Assembly (NCBI GenBank): GCA_028534125.1
Contig: CM052818.1
Coordinates: forward strand, 41,852,001 to 41,916,000
Direction of reading: 5' to 3'
Source of the DNA: Lama glama
Lineage: Eukaryota
Length of the DNA stretch: 64,000 nucleotides
The notes beneath the pieces are model-generated. The model saw nothing but the letters and a program-made list of their open reading frames with translations, was not told where the DNA came from and did not search any database. Within the stretch, counting starts at the first letter, position 1. Each line of letters opens with the position of its first letter. Shown piece after piece: positions 26,946-40,700 of the stretch. Both the position numbers and the translations under genes were made by a program.

Positions 26946-28250
26946 TATGTAACCGACATAAACTGAGAAAGCCACTGAGGCTGGTGGCTAATATATTGGA
27001 TGCTGTGGATCCTTCAGATCCTCCAGGTCTGGGCACGTCTGTAGGTGGGAGTATGTGTGAGTGAGGTGGTGTGTGTGAGTGTACACATCTTCTCAAACAC
27101 ACTGGCTCAGAGATGTAGTGTTGGGATGAGGAGAACTCAAAAGGAAGGAACCTCCGTGACCACAGGCTGAGAGAGAGGTGAAGATACAACCTTTTGGAAA
27201 AGTGGAAGGTGCTGGTGGCTGAAGCACATGATCAGGTAAGAGAGATCAAAAATCAGACTCGAAAGAGAGCCGGAGCATGAATGGTCTTGGGTACCAGGCT
27301 AAAAAATCGGAATTATTTCACAATGAAGTCTTTCTATTTGCACAAGTGCAATATGCATCTTCACATCCTTCCAATCATCCTTCTTGTTACTATGTTATAA
27401 AGAATCAGGATCAAAAGCTGGACGAATACTCGCAGGACTTCAGCTGCGAAGTATATAACGTCTACAAGTTCCAGTCTAGAAGGCAGAGAAATTAGACAGA
27501 GATCGTTAAAGCTGAAGGAAAAAGTCCTCACTTCACAAAAGGATTCACTGGAGACTCCCTTTATATAGTGTGCTCCCTTAGGCACTAAAAATAGGATTTA
27601 ATTTGCTAAAAAATGCATTTACAAGATTTCCAGGTTCATGGGGGCAGCACCAAGCAAAGCCCGCCTTCAGAACCATTGCTCCTTGTAGGACCTAAAACAT
27701 AGTTTTAGGTCAGTTTTTCTCCAGATTAGTTGAACAGCAAGGAGTCATGAAAAGAACTCAGGCCTTCAAGCCCGAGATATCCTCTCAGGTAAGTGAACTT
27801 ATCAAATATGCGGCGTCCCCATCTGCCCAATAGCGAAATTCACAACGGCCTTGCAGGTCATTGTGTGACGTACCTCATCCAACATCTAGAAGGTGGCAGG
27901 AACACCAAAAATTGGAGGGTAGAGAAAGTCAGAGCCTTTGAAGTTACATTGCTTACAAAACAACCAAATGACCAAAATGGGCAAAATGTCAGCATTCAGG
28001 GCATCTGATGGGGTGTGGCTTAATGGAATGACGCGGGTAAGAGATCTGAGTCAAAGTCGTATTGCCTCACTGAATCTCCAAGGGGTGGCTGAAAAGTCTC
28101 TGTTCAAAGCTGGCAAAGCAGAGACTCACAGTTGCCGCCCCAACGCCCTTCCCTCTGCCGCAGGAAAACGCAGAGATACATTCTCCATTCTCTACGGCCG
28201 GTGGGAACCGCCCCTTGCATCTCTGTGTTAGCTGATCTTTCAAAGGCACG

Positions 28251-28328
28251 ATTACTTTCAGCAGGAGAAAGTAGATTACTTTCAGTAAGAGAATTACTTT
28301 CAGTAGGAGGATTACTTTCCTGCAGGAA
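28251..28328 (+). repeat. ~18-bp minisatellite, 4 copies (ATTACTTTCAGTAGGAGA-like)
   Basis: ATTACTTTC starts at 28251, 28275, 28293 and 28311. Confidence 0.9.
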
Positions 28329-29595
28329 ACAAACACTGACCCTCCACTCACATTTCCAGGGCATCCCTGACCCAGTGTTGGGAGAGCAACAAGGGACCTC
28401 GGCCCTAACTGGGGACTGTGATGACAGACGCTGCACGCTAGCTGAAAAGCAGCATATTCATGAAATTAACCCAGAAAAAGTTGGGGAAATACACAGATAA
28501 AGGAATTTCCAAGAATAGCAATGCTCTGCTGACACCACCAGTAGATCACAATTGTGTGTGTGTGTGTGTGTGTGCTGGCAATCGTGACTTGCATTTACAT
28601 GGTATTTCATAAGTTCTAAAGATTTTTATATCCATTCTATCACTTGTTCCATAAAATGCATTGATATCCATGGGAATTCTAATATTCTTCTTTTTTTTAA
28701 GCTCAATCCTACATTGGTTCCATTTCCCCTCATTCTCTGCCTTCATATAACCTACGATTTCCGTGCAAACCGAGGAGCTTAATAGCTCCAAACCCTTGTT
28801 TGTTCTCTGTTTGCTTTCTGGAACGTCTTCCCTCAGTATTGTTTTTCCTTGAATATCTCCTTCTTATCTGTAAGATGAGTGTTGCTTCCTCCAGGTCCAG
28901 ACGCCCAGCTTTTCAGGGGAGGGATTCCACCGGACTGGTGTCTGCCCCCCCCATGTCTGATGCCCGGGTCAGCGTGGCAGGGTCACCGTCGAATTGTGGC
29001 TGCCGAGGAGAGTGAGACTCAGAGAGGTCTGATCGTCTGCTTGGCTTCACAGAATGAATTCACCAGAATGTGGATTAAGACCCATCCATCTGACTCCCAG
29101 CCCCACGCAGCCACTGAGCGCCTTCTGCCCAGAGGCTAGAAGGTGGCCGTGCAGAAGCCGGGTCCGGTCCTTTCTGCAGCTGGGGGCTTTTGGACCTGCT
29201 GGGCCCTGAGCCCCCCAAGGCCCCCTCTGCCGTGGGGCCCCCAGCACACAGGGTAGCATTTCCTCTCCTCGCTCCTCAGCGGAGGAACAGCCTTAAAGGA
29301 GTCTGGAAGCTCCTAAGTGACCGTGTCTTCCCCGCTGTATCAATTTCTAATTGCACAGGGAAGGGTCGCAAAGGATGTCTGGGGACACTTTCATCCGGGC
29401 TTGGGTTTTACTTCGTTTCCTTCCTCACTCCCAGTAGCTCGGCCAGTGCCCTGACACAAAGTTGCCGGGCCTTTACAATTATTTATAATCTCATTTTAAG
29501 TGTCCGTGAAGTTTTTAAAAGCCTCCATCGCAGTGTTTATTTGGACACAGGTAAGATTATAATCCAAACTGATGCATCTGAAAGTAATTGTCTTG

Positions 29596-29720
29596 GGGGA
29601 GTATAGCTCAGTGGTAGAGTGCATACCTAGCATGCACGAGGTCCTGGGTTCAATCCCCAGTACCTCCATTTAAAAAAATTAATAAGTAAACCTAATCACC
29701 ACCACCACACCCCCAAAAAA
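29596..29720 (+). mobile_element. Young tRNA-derived SINE (Vic-1-like) with a perfect 16-bp TSD
   Basis: Intact A and B boxes; GAAAGTAATTGTCTTG at 29580-29595 and 29721-29736. Confidence 0.92.
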
Positions 29721-30359
29721 GAAAGTAATTGTCTTGTAAATATTTGTCTGATGAATCCTAATTGGTTCCTGGTCACTGAAGTGAAAATCATTTTGGTTGA
29801 GTCAAGATGCTGTGATGTTCTTCAGACCACTCACAATAGATGTTCAACACATGAATGGGGTGGGGGGGAGCATTCGTGGGACCAAGGGTGGCTGGTGGAC
29901 AATCCCTGCTCCCTCCACAAGGGCAAACAGATGAAAAGTGTAGCTGGAGGAGCACAAGTGAGTTACTGAAAGGACGCCAGCAGGAGAAATGATCATTTGG
30001 ACCAAAGGAAGCCGTGCCGGAGTGAAACCTTGAAATTAGATTAAACTGCTTCAACGAAGACAAAAGAGAAGAGTGGGGTGTGGGGTGCGGAGAAAACATG
30101 AGTTCCCCGAGGTACAGAGATAGAGCAGGGCCCGATGGGACCTGGAACCAGGCTGGGAAAGAGCTGGAATGACTCAGCGGAGACACAGAGGGAGACGTGG
30201 GAAGGAAAAACCAAGGGGAAAGGGAGAGGGGAAGGAGTTCAAGGTTAGTAAGTGAGAAGAGAAAGGCAGCCTTGTGTCTTCTCCTTTGTCCCACAAAGTA
30301 GAACAGCAAAGGTTGACAAGAAAGTTATTGATTGGCCATTGGTCACTCTTTCCCCTAAG

Positions 30360-31171
30360 CAGAAGTGGGTTTTCTGTAAAGTTAATGAAACTTAAGCTTC
30401 AAGACTCTCAATCCACCAACTTATTCCAGAGCCTTAGCAATAGGCTCACCTGGTTTTAGAAAACTTGAAAAACTAAGTTCTTTCAGGGGTGAGTGATTTA
30501 GAACACGGCCTCCCTCACTCTGATGCCCTCTGGATTATCCTTCCTTGGGTCCTGGTGGCAGTGTGCTGGTCACAGGCATGTTTGCAATCCAGCTAAGGGG
30601 AAATTGCTATGATATACTGACTGCACAAATACAGCATAAAACTTACCCACACCATCACGCAGGATATGGAGAAACTTGTTTGTCAAAGTTGTCCATTCAA
30701 AGAATATTTAAGATTCATCTCTGCCTAGGATTGTCTTGAAATCCTACAGTCCTTCTATGCCAGACACTTGACGGAGGCCTTTTCAAAATTTTTAATTATG
30801 AAATTGATACTTTTCTAAAGTATAAATAATTTTTAAGAAAATATTAGCCATTCCATGCTAGAGAAAAGACTGCATTATCTTTCTAGGCTCTTTGTAGAGA
30901 TGGCCATTACAAAATTGTCATCGTACGAAGAGACAATCAAAAAACCGAAGGAAGCGTTATCACTGAGGTATCCCAGGCGGTTAACTCAACTGTCTTGGGT
31001 TTTCTGGCATTTGTGATAATTACAGCGTTCCGTGCTTTTATATGAGATTTTTAAATTTTTCTTTTATCCTGAATAAATATTTCCTTTCATTTCTAATTTT
31101 GTTTCTATGATTTTGTAAAGAGGATCCCCATATTGCGTAAGCCTCAGGCCCCACAGACTACACCCGCCCTG
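30360..31171 (+). mobile_element. hAT-Tip100-like DNA transposon remnant (Arthur1/MER69-like)
   Basis: Left end CAGAAGTGGGTTTTCTGTAAAGTTAATGAAACTTAAGCTTCAAG; right end AAGCCTCAGGCCCCACAGACTACACCCGCCCTG. Family name from memory. Confidence 0.5.
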
Positions 31172-33477
31172 CCCTTTCCTGTCCCCACCCTCTGCCAGGG
31201 ATCACCCCAATCCAGTCGTGGGGATTCGGCCTCAGACACTCCTTCTTCTTGAAACTCTGACCACGAGGTTCACTAGCCTGTGGCTCCAGGGAGACAGACT
31301 CAAGAGAGTTAACAGTGTTTCTGACACCACTCTGGTGAATAGTCTAGGGCCCTGGTTCCAAGCAGCCACTCCAGACACACCTTGTAAGGAGGTCCGGTGC
31401 TCAGAATGCAGGCTGACAGAGCGACAGTCCATAGCCACAGGCTCATTAGTAGGAGGACAGAGTGGGGAACTGAGGCCCAGAGCAGGGACAAGCATCCAGA
31501 AGTTTCCATTTGAAATGTATGGAATGGACATTTCTGCCTTCCAGGCACTGGATCTGATGCTAAAAATCCAAAGAGGAGTAAGATATGGCCCTACCCTGGG
31601 GAAGCACAGATTCTAGCCAAGCAAACAGTCGTGTGGGTAGGTCACAATGTAACACAATGAGACAAGGCCTTAGAATCCAGATCTCCTGCCTCAAGACCCA
31701 AGACCATGAAGTGTTTAGGATGAAGGACTCATCAATGGCCAACCTAGTTACCTGCTAGCTTCCTACCAAGTCAACCAGAGAAGAGTCCTTATGAACTCAT
31801 CACCAGACTTACCACTGTTGGGTCTTCAAAGTTCTTCATTATATTAGGGATTTTTAAACAATGTAACAAACAGTATATGGGACTTCCTGTGTGCCAGAAA
31901 TTGTCCTAGGAAGTCTGTGTAGATTAACCAGTGTAATCCTCATAGAGATACCGGAGGTAGGTGGTGTTAGTCCCCTTTATAGATGGAGAAACAGAAGCAT
32001 GGAGAGATTAAGGAACTTGACCGTGATCACAGAGCCAGGAGAGGCAGGGTGGGGCCCCAGGGGCCCCACCCCAGCCGCCTGGCTCCCGAGGCTGTGTGCT
32101 GACTCTAATCTGGAGATGCCTTGCTATGCTGTCTGCACCCAGACCAGAGTTCATGAGGATCTATCGAAGCTGGGCAGCCAGATCAGGTGAAGGGAAGGTG
32201 GGAAGCGGGGGCTGATTCCTAGAGGAAACTTGAGCAGCACAGAAGACAGATCCCTGGCATGGAGGTGGGATCTGGGCTTGAAAGTCACATGATCTATCTG
32301 CACCTCAGCTTCGTGCCCTGGAAAATGAGGACAAAGTTTCATCCAGCCAGCCACAAAGTACCCAGGTGGGGATCCATGCTGCTCCATGTTTGAAATTTCT
32401 GGGGAAAGCAGGGGAGTATTCAAATAGGGAGAAACAACGAAAAAGAATTTTAGCCAAGAGACACTCCCTGGGAAATTTGATGACTGCCTCAACTAAATAC
32501 ATCTCTGGGTAAAATGGTTTGTGTTTCCGATTCTGCACTGACGGGTTTGCAGCTTCACTGAACCACTCCTAGAAAAGGCCAAGCCCACACTCACCCAGTT
32601 CCTTTACGGGAAGATGCCAAAGACAAACCGATCAGGAGCACCAGCCATGGATTATTCTAGTCTCAGACCTGAGCTGCCCTTGTGTTTCACCCCACTCCCC
32701 AGGCACCCCGCTCCCATCACCCTCCAAGTTCACGCTCTATTTCAAGGTATACCTACCACTTAATTTCACACCATATGAGTCATGATCCACAACTCCAAAA
32801 AAGAATCCAAAGAATTCATTACAACAGTTAAAAACACCACATCCAGCTGCTGGAGTGCTGGTTTTCCTCTCTCACCTGGGGATCCAGGTACTGAGGGGTG
32901 AGAAAGGCACACAGATGCCCACGAGCTGTTCTTCCTGGGCCCTGGGATTGGGAACGGTTGCGCGGGAGGGCAGGCAGCTGGGGGCAGTTCAAAAAAGAGA
33001 AGAAATGTTAGAAGGGTGACACTCCCTGACCCACATCAGCTGTTCGAAACCTCCCTCGCCCCCAGGAGTTCGGAGGTTTTCTTGAGTCTGTTGGCAGATT
33101 TGATCTCACACAGTATTCTTGGAATCTGTGAAGTTTATCTTTCCCATTCTTGTCCCTTTTGAGTCACCAGCCATCCCCTGTAGGATGTCCCTCCCTCCAG
33201 GAAGGCTCCCGTCCCTCATCGCCAGACGGGATAGCGGACCCTCAGCACCCTGTGTTTAATGCATCCTCAGAATGTGCACGATGAATCATAACAGCTATTC
33301 CTCGCTTGTCTCTCCTGACTAGGCTGTAACTGACCTGAGGGCAAAGACTGGCGTAGGCATCTCTGTAGGAGCAAGCACAAAGCAGATGGCAAATAAAAGT
33401 TGACTGACCTGAGCCCCACCCTGTTAAGGCGTTGATGTGTGCCGCCCCCCCCAAAAAAGGCATGTTGAACTCATGTT

Positions 33478-33740
33478 GACACAGAGATCCAGAGAGAGCA
33501 CCAAGCAAAGATGAGGGCGGGGACACGTCTACAAGCCAAGGGATGCTAAGGCTTGCCAGCGTCCACAGAAGCTGGGAGCGAGGCCGGGGACAGTCATCCT
33601 AGACAGCCTTTGAGAGAGCATGGCTGTGCCGACACCTTGATCTCAACCCCTAGTCTCCAGAAGCGTGAGAAATAAGTTTCTGCTGCTTTCAGCCACACCA
33701 ACTGTGGTACTTTGTTGTGACAGTCCCGAGAAACTGACAC
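33478..33740 (+). mobile_element. MaLR LTR fragment (MLT1-type 3' half)
   Basis: CTACAAGCCAAGGGATG...GCCGACACCTTGATCTC...CTCCAGAAGCGTGAGAAATAAGTTTCTG...GGTACTTTGTT...AAACTGACAC. Confidence 0.8.
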
Positions 33741-36356
33741 GCCCCCCCACCCACCTCCCCTCCGAACCCCAGTTCTTCCCCTGAAACACAGCGTTGGCTC
33801 GGAGAGACTTCAGTTCTTAACTCTTTCCTGATCCTTGGGGCCTATTCCTCATTCTTTCTTATTGCACAGTCTGGCCTGAGAAAAAGGTACAGGGATTGGC
33901 TTCCATTGAGTGTTGGTTAATGGGAATGATTTTTTTGTAGCCTCCAAGTATTTCAGGTGGCTTTGAGGATGCGAGCAGAATTTGAGTTCCCAAGAAGCCA
34001 TTTCCAAAATGAATATGTCCTAGAGAAACATTCAGTGTCCAGCAGCGGCCAGTGCCTGTGTCTGAGCGACTGGGAACCAGATCCTTCCTCTTCACCTCCC
34101 AGGAGGATTTCCCAGTCTCCCAGGGCACGTCGGCGCCAGGGAGCCAGAGCCCCCTGTGCTGAGATGACAGGAAGCCGGGTGGCGGGATCTGTCCTCCACC
34201 CCACAAAAGACAGGAAATCCAGAGCTGAAGGTTGCAGCTCTGACCTCAGCTCACCCCCGCATTGTGTCGGGCCCGGCATGAAAGCTCGGGCGGCACAAAG
34301 GCCTCTAAAGAAAGTGATTAGGGCCTGGCCCCGTGGCGAGGCAAAGGGCCACCAGCCCAACCCCACGGCCCCAGCATCACGGGCCACATGGACCTGCCGG
34401 CCGCCCCCGAGTCCCCAGGAAGGGGCGCACCCAAGGCTCCTGACAAACCAAGCTCCTGGGGCTCAAAGGACAGGCTTCCCCCGAGACCCCAGAAGAGCAG
34501 GGCTGGGTGAGAGCCAGACGGAGCAGAGAACTTCATCCTCTCCCTGGCTCTGCCAGCTGGACCTCAGTTTCTCCATATGTAAAATGGGAATAAACACCCC
34601 CCCCCTCAGGAGAGATTAGGCAAATCGAGTGAGCTCTCAGGTAACAAGAACCCCTTTAACTTGTGGGGTGTTTTACGTTTACAGAACCCTGAGATCCCTC
34701 ATTTCATTTCATCCTCTTTGCAACCAGTGAGGTTAGAATGACCACAGCCTGTTACAGATGACACCATGGCTCCAGAGAGCTCAAGTGTCCCCAGTCCAGA
34801 GGAGAGGAAGAGCGAGCTACTTGCGTCACCCCCTTCCCACATCCGCCCCAAAGACCCCAAGCTCCCTGGGCCCACTCATCACGCCCTCTGCCAAGACGGA
34901 GGGCAGACCTGGATGCGCGGAGGGCAGGGGAAGCGGGGGCGGGAGCTGGGTCCCGAAGCTTGGCCATGTCTGCTCAGGTTTATCCTGGGATTTCTTACCC
35001 CAACCCACTAGATTTTTTTTTAATTATAAAAATCATCCCTTACTTTCATTAAATATTTGTCATAAGCCTTGTCACTGTATGGCCTCATTTATTCCTCACA
35101 AGAAACCAAAGCGCTGGCTGCTTCGTCCCTACTTCCCAGTGTGGAAACTGAGGCCTGCCGAGGGCAGTAAGCGGCACAGGGCCGAGGGGGAATCCGGATA
35201 CGCTCCCAGGCTTTCCCGTCGAGGGCCTGCGGTCTCAACCCACGACACGAAAACGGCGCACTTGGGAAGGGGAGGGGGTCCCATCACATCCTCTGATTGT
35301 AGCTGTAAAGGCTGCTGCACTCAGAAAGGTGTCACAGAGCCACGTGGTGGAGGGTAGAACTTGACAGGAACAAGATTTCATTTCAGTCCGGTCACTGACA
35401 GGACGACGTGTTTCCCTGTGAGCTCAAGACGCTCACAGTCCACTGGGGAAAAGACTGTGTGAGCAGAATGACGAGGCTGTGTGATAACAGAGAGTCTCTG
35501 ATGGAGACACTGGGTGAGCGCTGCGCCAGGAGATGGGGATGCTGCCCGGAGGAGCCGCAGAGGGCAGAACAGCAAGGGGCTTTGTGAGCCAAGCGTTGAG
35601 GTGGGCTGGTGCCCACACAGGGGATGGTTGGAGTTGAAGGAGGGGCTCCACAGAAAGGTGACGGCACCTCCCTGGAGCCCTTGGCCATGGCAGGGGTGGC
35701 CAGCCATGCCAAGGAGGCACTACTGGTCTGAGGGCTCCGTGTAAGAGACCAGAGAGCAGATTAAAGCTTCCTGTGAACTTGGCCAGAACCACCTCCACCT
35801 GGTACCATCTTTAGATCCATGCACTTAGCCGTTCTCCAGTCATGCCCTTCTCCCAGGGGCCAAGGGAACATGCCCACTAAATGCAGGAAGAAGCTGGTGA
35901 TGGGAGGGAAAAAAGGGCAATCCGAGGTGGCCCCCCGCCAGCTCCTTGGGCAGCCCCCCTTCCCCTGACAGCTCTGCAGCACATTCACACAGACAGGAAG
36001 ACGTGGTTCCTTTTCTGGAGGGCGTGGCCCAGGCCTCTAAAGTGAGTGACCATAGATAAAGGGTGGGGCTAGAGACCAAATAGGTGAATAACCCGGGAGG
36101 AACTGGCCTGGAGAGGAAAATGATGAGGTCTGTTTGGACTAGTTTGTGTAAGAGCCTTTGGGACATCTAGGAAATGAATAATAGCTGAAAATGTGAACCT
36201 GTTTCTTAAAGATCAAGAACGAGCAAAGTCATCGTTCCCAGCCTCAGTTACACGTAGGAATCACCCAGGGAATTGAGAAAAGTTTTATGCCTCAATCCCA
36301 TTCACAGAAAATCTGATTCGACTGGCCTGTGTTGTGACTTGAGCATTGGGATTTTT

Positions 36357-37216
36357 TTCCCCCTGATCATTTTAACCATATCGACTTGTACAATCTAATG
36401 GCATTAAGTACATTCATGCTGTTGAGCTACCATCACCAGTACTCATTTCCAGAATTTTATCATCTCCAACTGAGACTCTGCACTCGTTCGATGATAAGTC
36501 CCTAATAGCCTCTTTCCCCCAGCCCCTGGTTCCTCTATTACACTCTGTGTGAATTTACCTGTTCCGGGGGCCTCCATCCATCTCATATAAATGGAACCAT
36601 ACACTACTTATCCTTTGGTGTCTAACTTATTTCACTTAGTATGTTTTCAAATGTTTTCATCCATATTGGAGCACGTGTCAGAACTTCTTTCCTTTTAAAG
36701 GCTGAATAATATTCCATTGTATGTATATATCATGTTTTGGTTATCCACTCATCTGTTGATGGTTGTTTCCAACTTTTGGCTGTTATGAATAATAACGCTG
36801 TTATAAACATCAGTATACAAATATCTATTTGAGATCCTGCTTTCAATTCTTTTGGGTGTCTACCTATAAATGGAATCTCTGGGCCATAAAGTGATTCCAT
36901 ATTTCAACTTTTTGAGGATCAGTCAGTCGTACTGTTTTCCACAATTGTACCATTTTGCATTCCCAGCTGCCATGCATGAGGATTCCGATTTCTCCACATC
37001 CTCACCAACACTTGTTACTTTTGTTTGTTTTGCTTTGTCTTTTGGAAGATCCATCCTATTGAGTGTGAAGAGGTATCTCATTGTGGTTTTGATATGCATG
37101 TCCCTAGCGTTGAGCATCTTTTCATGCGCTTATTGGCCATTTGTATACCTTCTTAGGGGAAATGTTTCTTTAAGAGCTTTGCCCATTTTTTAATTGGATT
37201 GTTCGGTTTTGAGGGG
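36357..37216 (-). mobile_element. L1M 3' region inserted into a MER5A-like hAT element (halves at ~36228-36356 and ~37217-37280)
   Basis: L1 antisense motifs GGCTGAATAATATTCCATTGTATG and GGTATCTCATTGTGGTTTTGAT. MER5-type motifs GAATCACCCAGGG...CTGATTC on the left and TTCTAATGTCCAGCC...GAACCACTG on the right. Confidence 0.8.
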
Positions 37217-37698
37217 GCACTGAGATTTTTAAAGGCTTCCCAGAGGTTTCTAATGTCCAGCCACGGAGGGGAACCACTGTAAGATAACAGACTTTAGGGG
37301 CAGGAACCACCAGCCCATTCACTAGAGCAGAGCTGAGGGCACAGATCGGGAGACGCATGCACAGCAGCCCAGAACCTTAAGGCTGAACCCGATAGAGAAT
37401 CTCAGGGAATGTACAGGCGCTCACCCTGGTTTGGGGGGCTGCTGAAGGCTGTATAAGAGCCCTCTTTCCCCTCCTTCCTTGAATATTTATATGCTTGTCT
37501 CCAAAACTTAATTTGTATCTGAAAATCTTACTTTGCTCCAGTCTTCCACCCCATTTGGCACCATCCAATGAGTTCCAGCCTAGGCACATTTAGAAACTAT
37601 AGGACTGCCTGTTCCCACTTTTGAGGAACCCTACATGAATGGAGAGCTATCCTATCAGCAGCAATCCACTTCTTTGTTAGTGGCTATGCATCATATGT

Positions 37699-37732
<34 letters not shown>

Positions 37733-40700
37733 TTAAGTTTTTAAGACCAGGAGCTGGTAGCAATTCCTCTCTGTGCATATTTCTTCTTCCTTGAATGAAT
37801 ATAAAATGGACTTGCGGGGTTGGGAAGGAAATGCGGCTTAATTTAATTCGTTTACAAGACCTTAATAGTATTTTCCTGCCTCTAAAGGACAAAATTGGGC
37901 TGCAGGTGATGGAACTTTTCTTGTAGGTTGTTTCTGGCAAAGACAGCTTCTGCACAAGTACCAGGGCTCTGAGAAAGCCCAGCATCGCCCTTCAAATCAC
38001 TCTCCTTCCCGAAGAGGCTGTGTCGGGGGTGGGGAAAGGAGTGGCTCCTCATTCATCCAAAAGTACATCAAACTCTGGGTCAAGGACCACACAGACAAAT
38101 GATTCTAATTTGGAGGTTTTTATTTCCTGCAGACTTAAGGTAATTTTCCATTAGAGAGCTGAGTACAAAACACCGAACTGTGAGACGGAAGTCCAAAGTT
38201 CAAATCCTACTTTCACCTCTTTTTAGGTGGATAAATTTAAGTCTTAGTTTCTCTTTATTTATAATGCAGAGATAATAATACCTTCTCCACTGGTTTATGG
38301 TGAAGCTTTGGAAACCAGGCAGAGAGCTACAGAAATGAGAAAGGTCGAGGGAGTAAGGAATAAAACTACACCTGACACAGTGGATATCTAGAGACAGTAA
38401 AGAGGACGTCCGTAGAGGAAGCTCTCTGGGGCAACCCTTTAAGGTTTTTCAGATTGTTTCAAACACATTCTGTAAACACCAAGCACTGTATCTTCAGCAT
38501 CTTCTGGATATAGTGGATCCAGAGATCAAATAAGACTGTGTCTCTTTTCTAGAAATTTCACAGATAATAAAAGATACACATTATCAATGTAATAATCATA
38601 GTACTCACTGAGGAACCTGGAAGATCTATTCTCTTATCTCTGATTTAATGATGGTGAGCTTGAGACTCAGGAGGGTGCATGGCTGGTATGTAAACTAATC
38701 ACCAATCACTCAAAGTAAAACATGAGCTGTGCAGCAAAAGAGGGTAGCGTGAGTACTAAGGGAGCGCACCAGAGGTTTCAACGAACTCCAACAAGGTGGG
38801 TTGCGGAGGGCTTTGTGGAAGAGACAGTCTATGATCTGAGTCATGAAACATAGGTATTATTGAGAGAGGAATGGTTGGGGACCGAGTGGCTTCCAGATAG
38901 AAGGCTCAGCAGGGGGCAAAGCACAGAGGCTGGGAGTCTGGATCCTGCTATAGAATTGTATCGCTACGTGATCTCACAAATGCTATGCTCTCTGATATTT
39001 ATGGCCTATTCTTATTTGCTTAAAGAAGAATCTTGAACATAAAGATCAACATTTAACAGGCATCTTTAGTTCTCCTAGGTGCTCTGCACCAGGGCTGCCT
39101 GTACAAGGGTTGAGGTTGTGCCCTGCCCAAGAGGTGCCCTCCTGAGGCCAGGGGGGCTGAGATCTAGGTACATTCCGTTCTTCACCAAAGCATGCGCACC
39201 TGGTAGATTGTACCTGCCTGGAGAGGAGAGAACATTTTCTCAAATTCAAGCAAAGGTGCCGCCTAGGCTATCAGTACTGTTGAACGTCACAAGAAATGAG
39301 GACTCCACAGCATTTAAAACAATTCATTTTTCTCAGATTCTTAGTGTCAATTGATATCCCAAGTTTGGCCTGCCTTGGGAAAACAAAAAAAGAAAAAGAA
39401 AAGAAAAGATAACCATTCAGCCTAAATCAAGGGGTTCTTAGGTTTTGTGTGGACACAGCATGAGTGCATGAAATCACTCATTGAGCTCTTTTTAGTTTGG
39501 GGACACAGCAATATTTGTGCTGAAAAGGACACACCCAGTCCCCAGATTTGTAGGAAGATCTTTCTTCTACCCACATCAGAGACGTAATGACCAGAAGTCT
39601 ACAGATTATTGGAACTGAGAACTCAGACATAACACAATGCAAAATTCTCATTTTCCAGAGAGATACTGTATCAAGAAACCCATTCAATCATTCAGACATC
39701 ATTCTAGAAAATACAGAATGCACAAAGACAAAAGAGCCACATACTCCCAGTAAGAGAGGTAAAGCCCAAATATAATTACTTATAACATAGAATAAAAAGT
39801 AATTAATGACCTAACAAGTATATAAAACAAACAGGCATGTTCATAGGTATTTATGTACATACGGAAAAATCATAGAAAGCATTTTAACAGAAGTTCTCTC
39901 TGAAGGGTGGGTTACTAGTGATTTTTTTTTCTTTCTTTTTTATACTTCATTGTCTAATGTTTTCATAGTGACCATGGTAGGGAGGGAAGGAGTTGTTTTC
40001 ATTTCTCAAACCCAAAAGAGTATATGGGGTAAGCACTGGGTGAGGTCAGAGGCAGGAGGGCAAAGTCCCTGCAGAGGAGCATGTAAAGGTTTTTGGGAAG
40101 GAGATAACTTTGAGCTGGTCCCTGGAACATCTGTGGGCTTTGGCGCCGGGGGACATGAGCGCAGGGAAGAGAGAAAACACAAGACCAGCAAGGCTCAAGG
40201 TGGAAGACACTCTTAAGTGTTGTCCACGTCAAGCCAAGACCCAGGCTCTCAGAGGCCCAGGTCAGGGCTCTCCCCACCACGTTCAATGGTGCTGAAGAAG
40301 CTGGGGAAGCGGGTGTGATGATTACTAGTTGCCGAGGCTGGCACGCACCATCCAGGACAACTTTGTATGGGTTATATATGTTCATATAATAGCCAACTCT
40401 TCCCAAGTCACACGGGACCTGATCACGTCCCCCTCCTTAGACCCCTTGGCTAGTTCCCCATTGCCTGGAGGTGGTCCTTAAGCCCAACCCAACCATCTCA
40501 CCTGCTGCTCCAGGATACACTGGTGCCCTAAACACACTCTCTCCCTCCTGCACATCCACTCAGGCTGCCCCCTCAACCCACAGCGCCCCTCCTGTCTTTC
40601 CTCACCAGGCCAATCATCCATCCCTGAAGGCCACCTTGCATAGCATCTCCTTTGTGGGAAGACTCTCCTGTACTTCCCACAACCCCTTCTCTGAAAATTA

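Noticed and set aside
29596..29670. tRNA gene-like sequence (also at 1767 and 12138)
   Set aside because: A-rich tails, a TSD and three diverged copies identify these as SINEs, not tRNA genes.
33957..34619. 220-aa ORF
   Set aside because: No recognisable homology or splice structure, GC-rich context, and it ends in a MIR-like sequence.
36870..37193. 107-aa ORF
   Set aside because: Antisense reading of a decayed L1 3' region.
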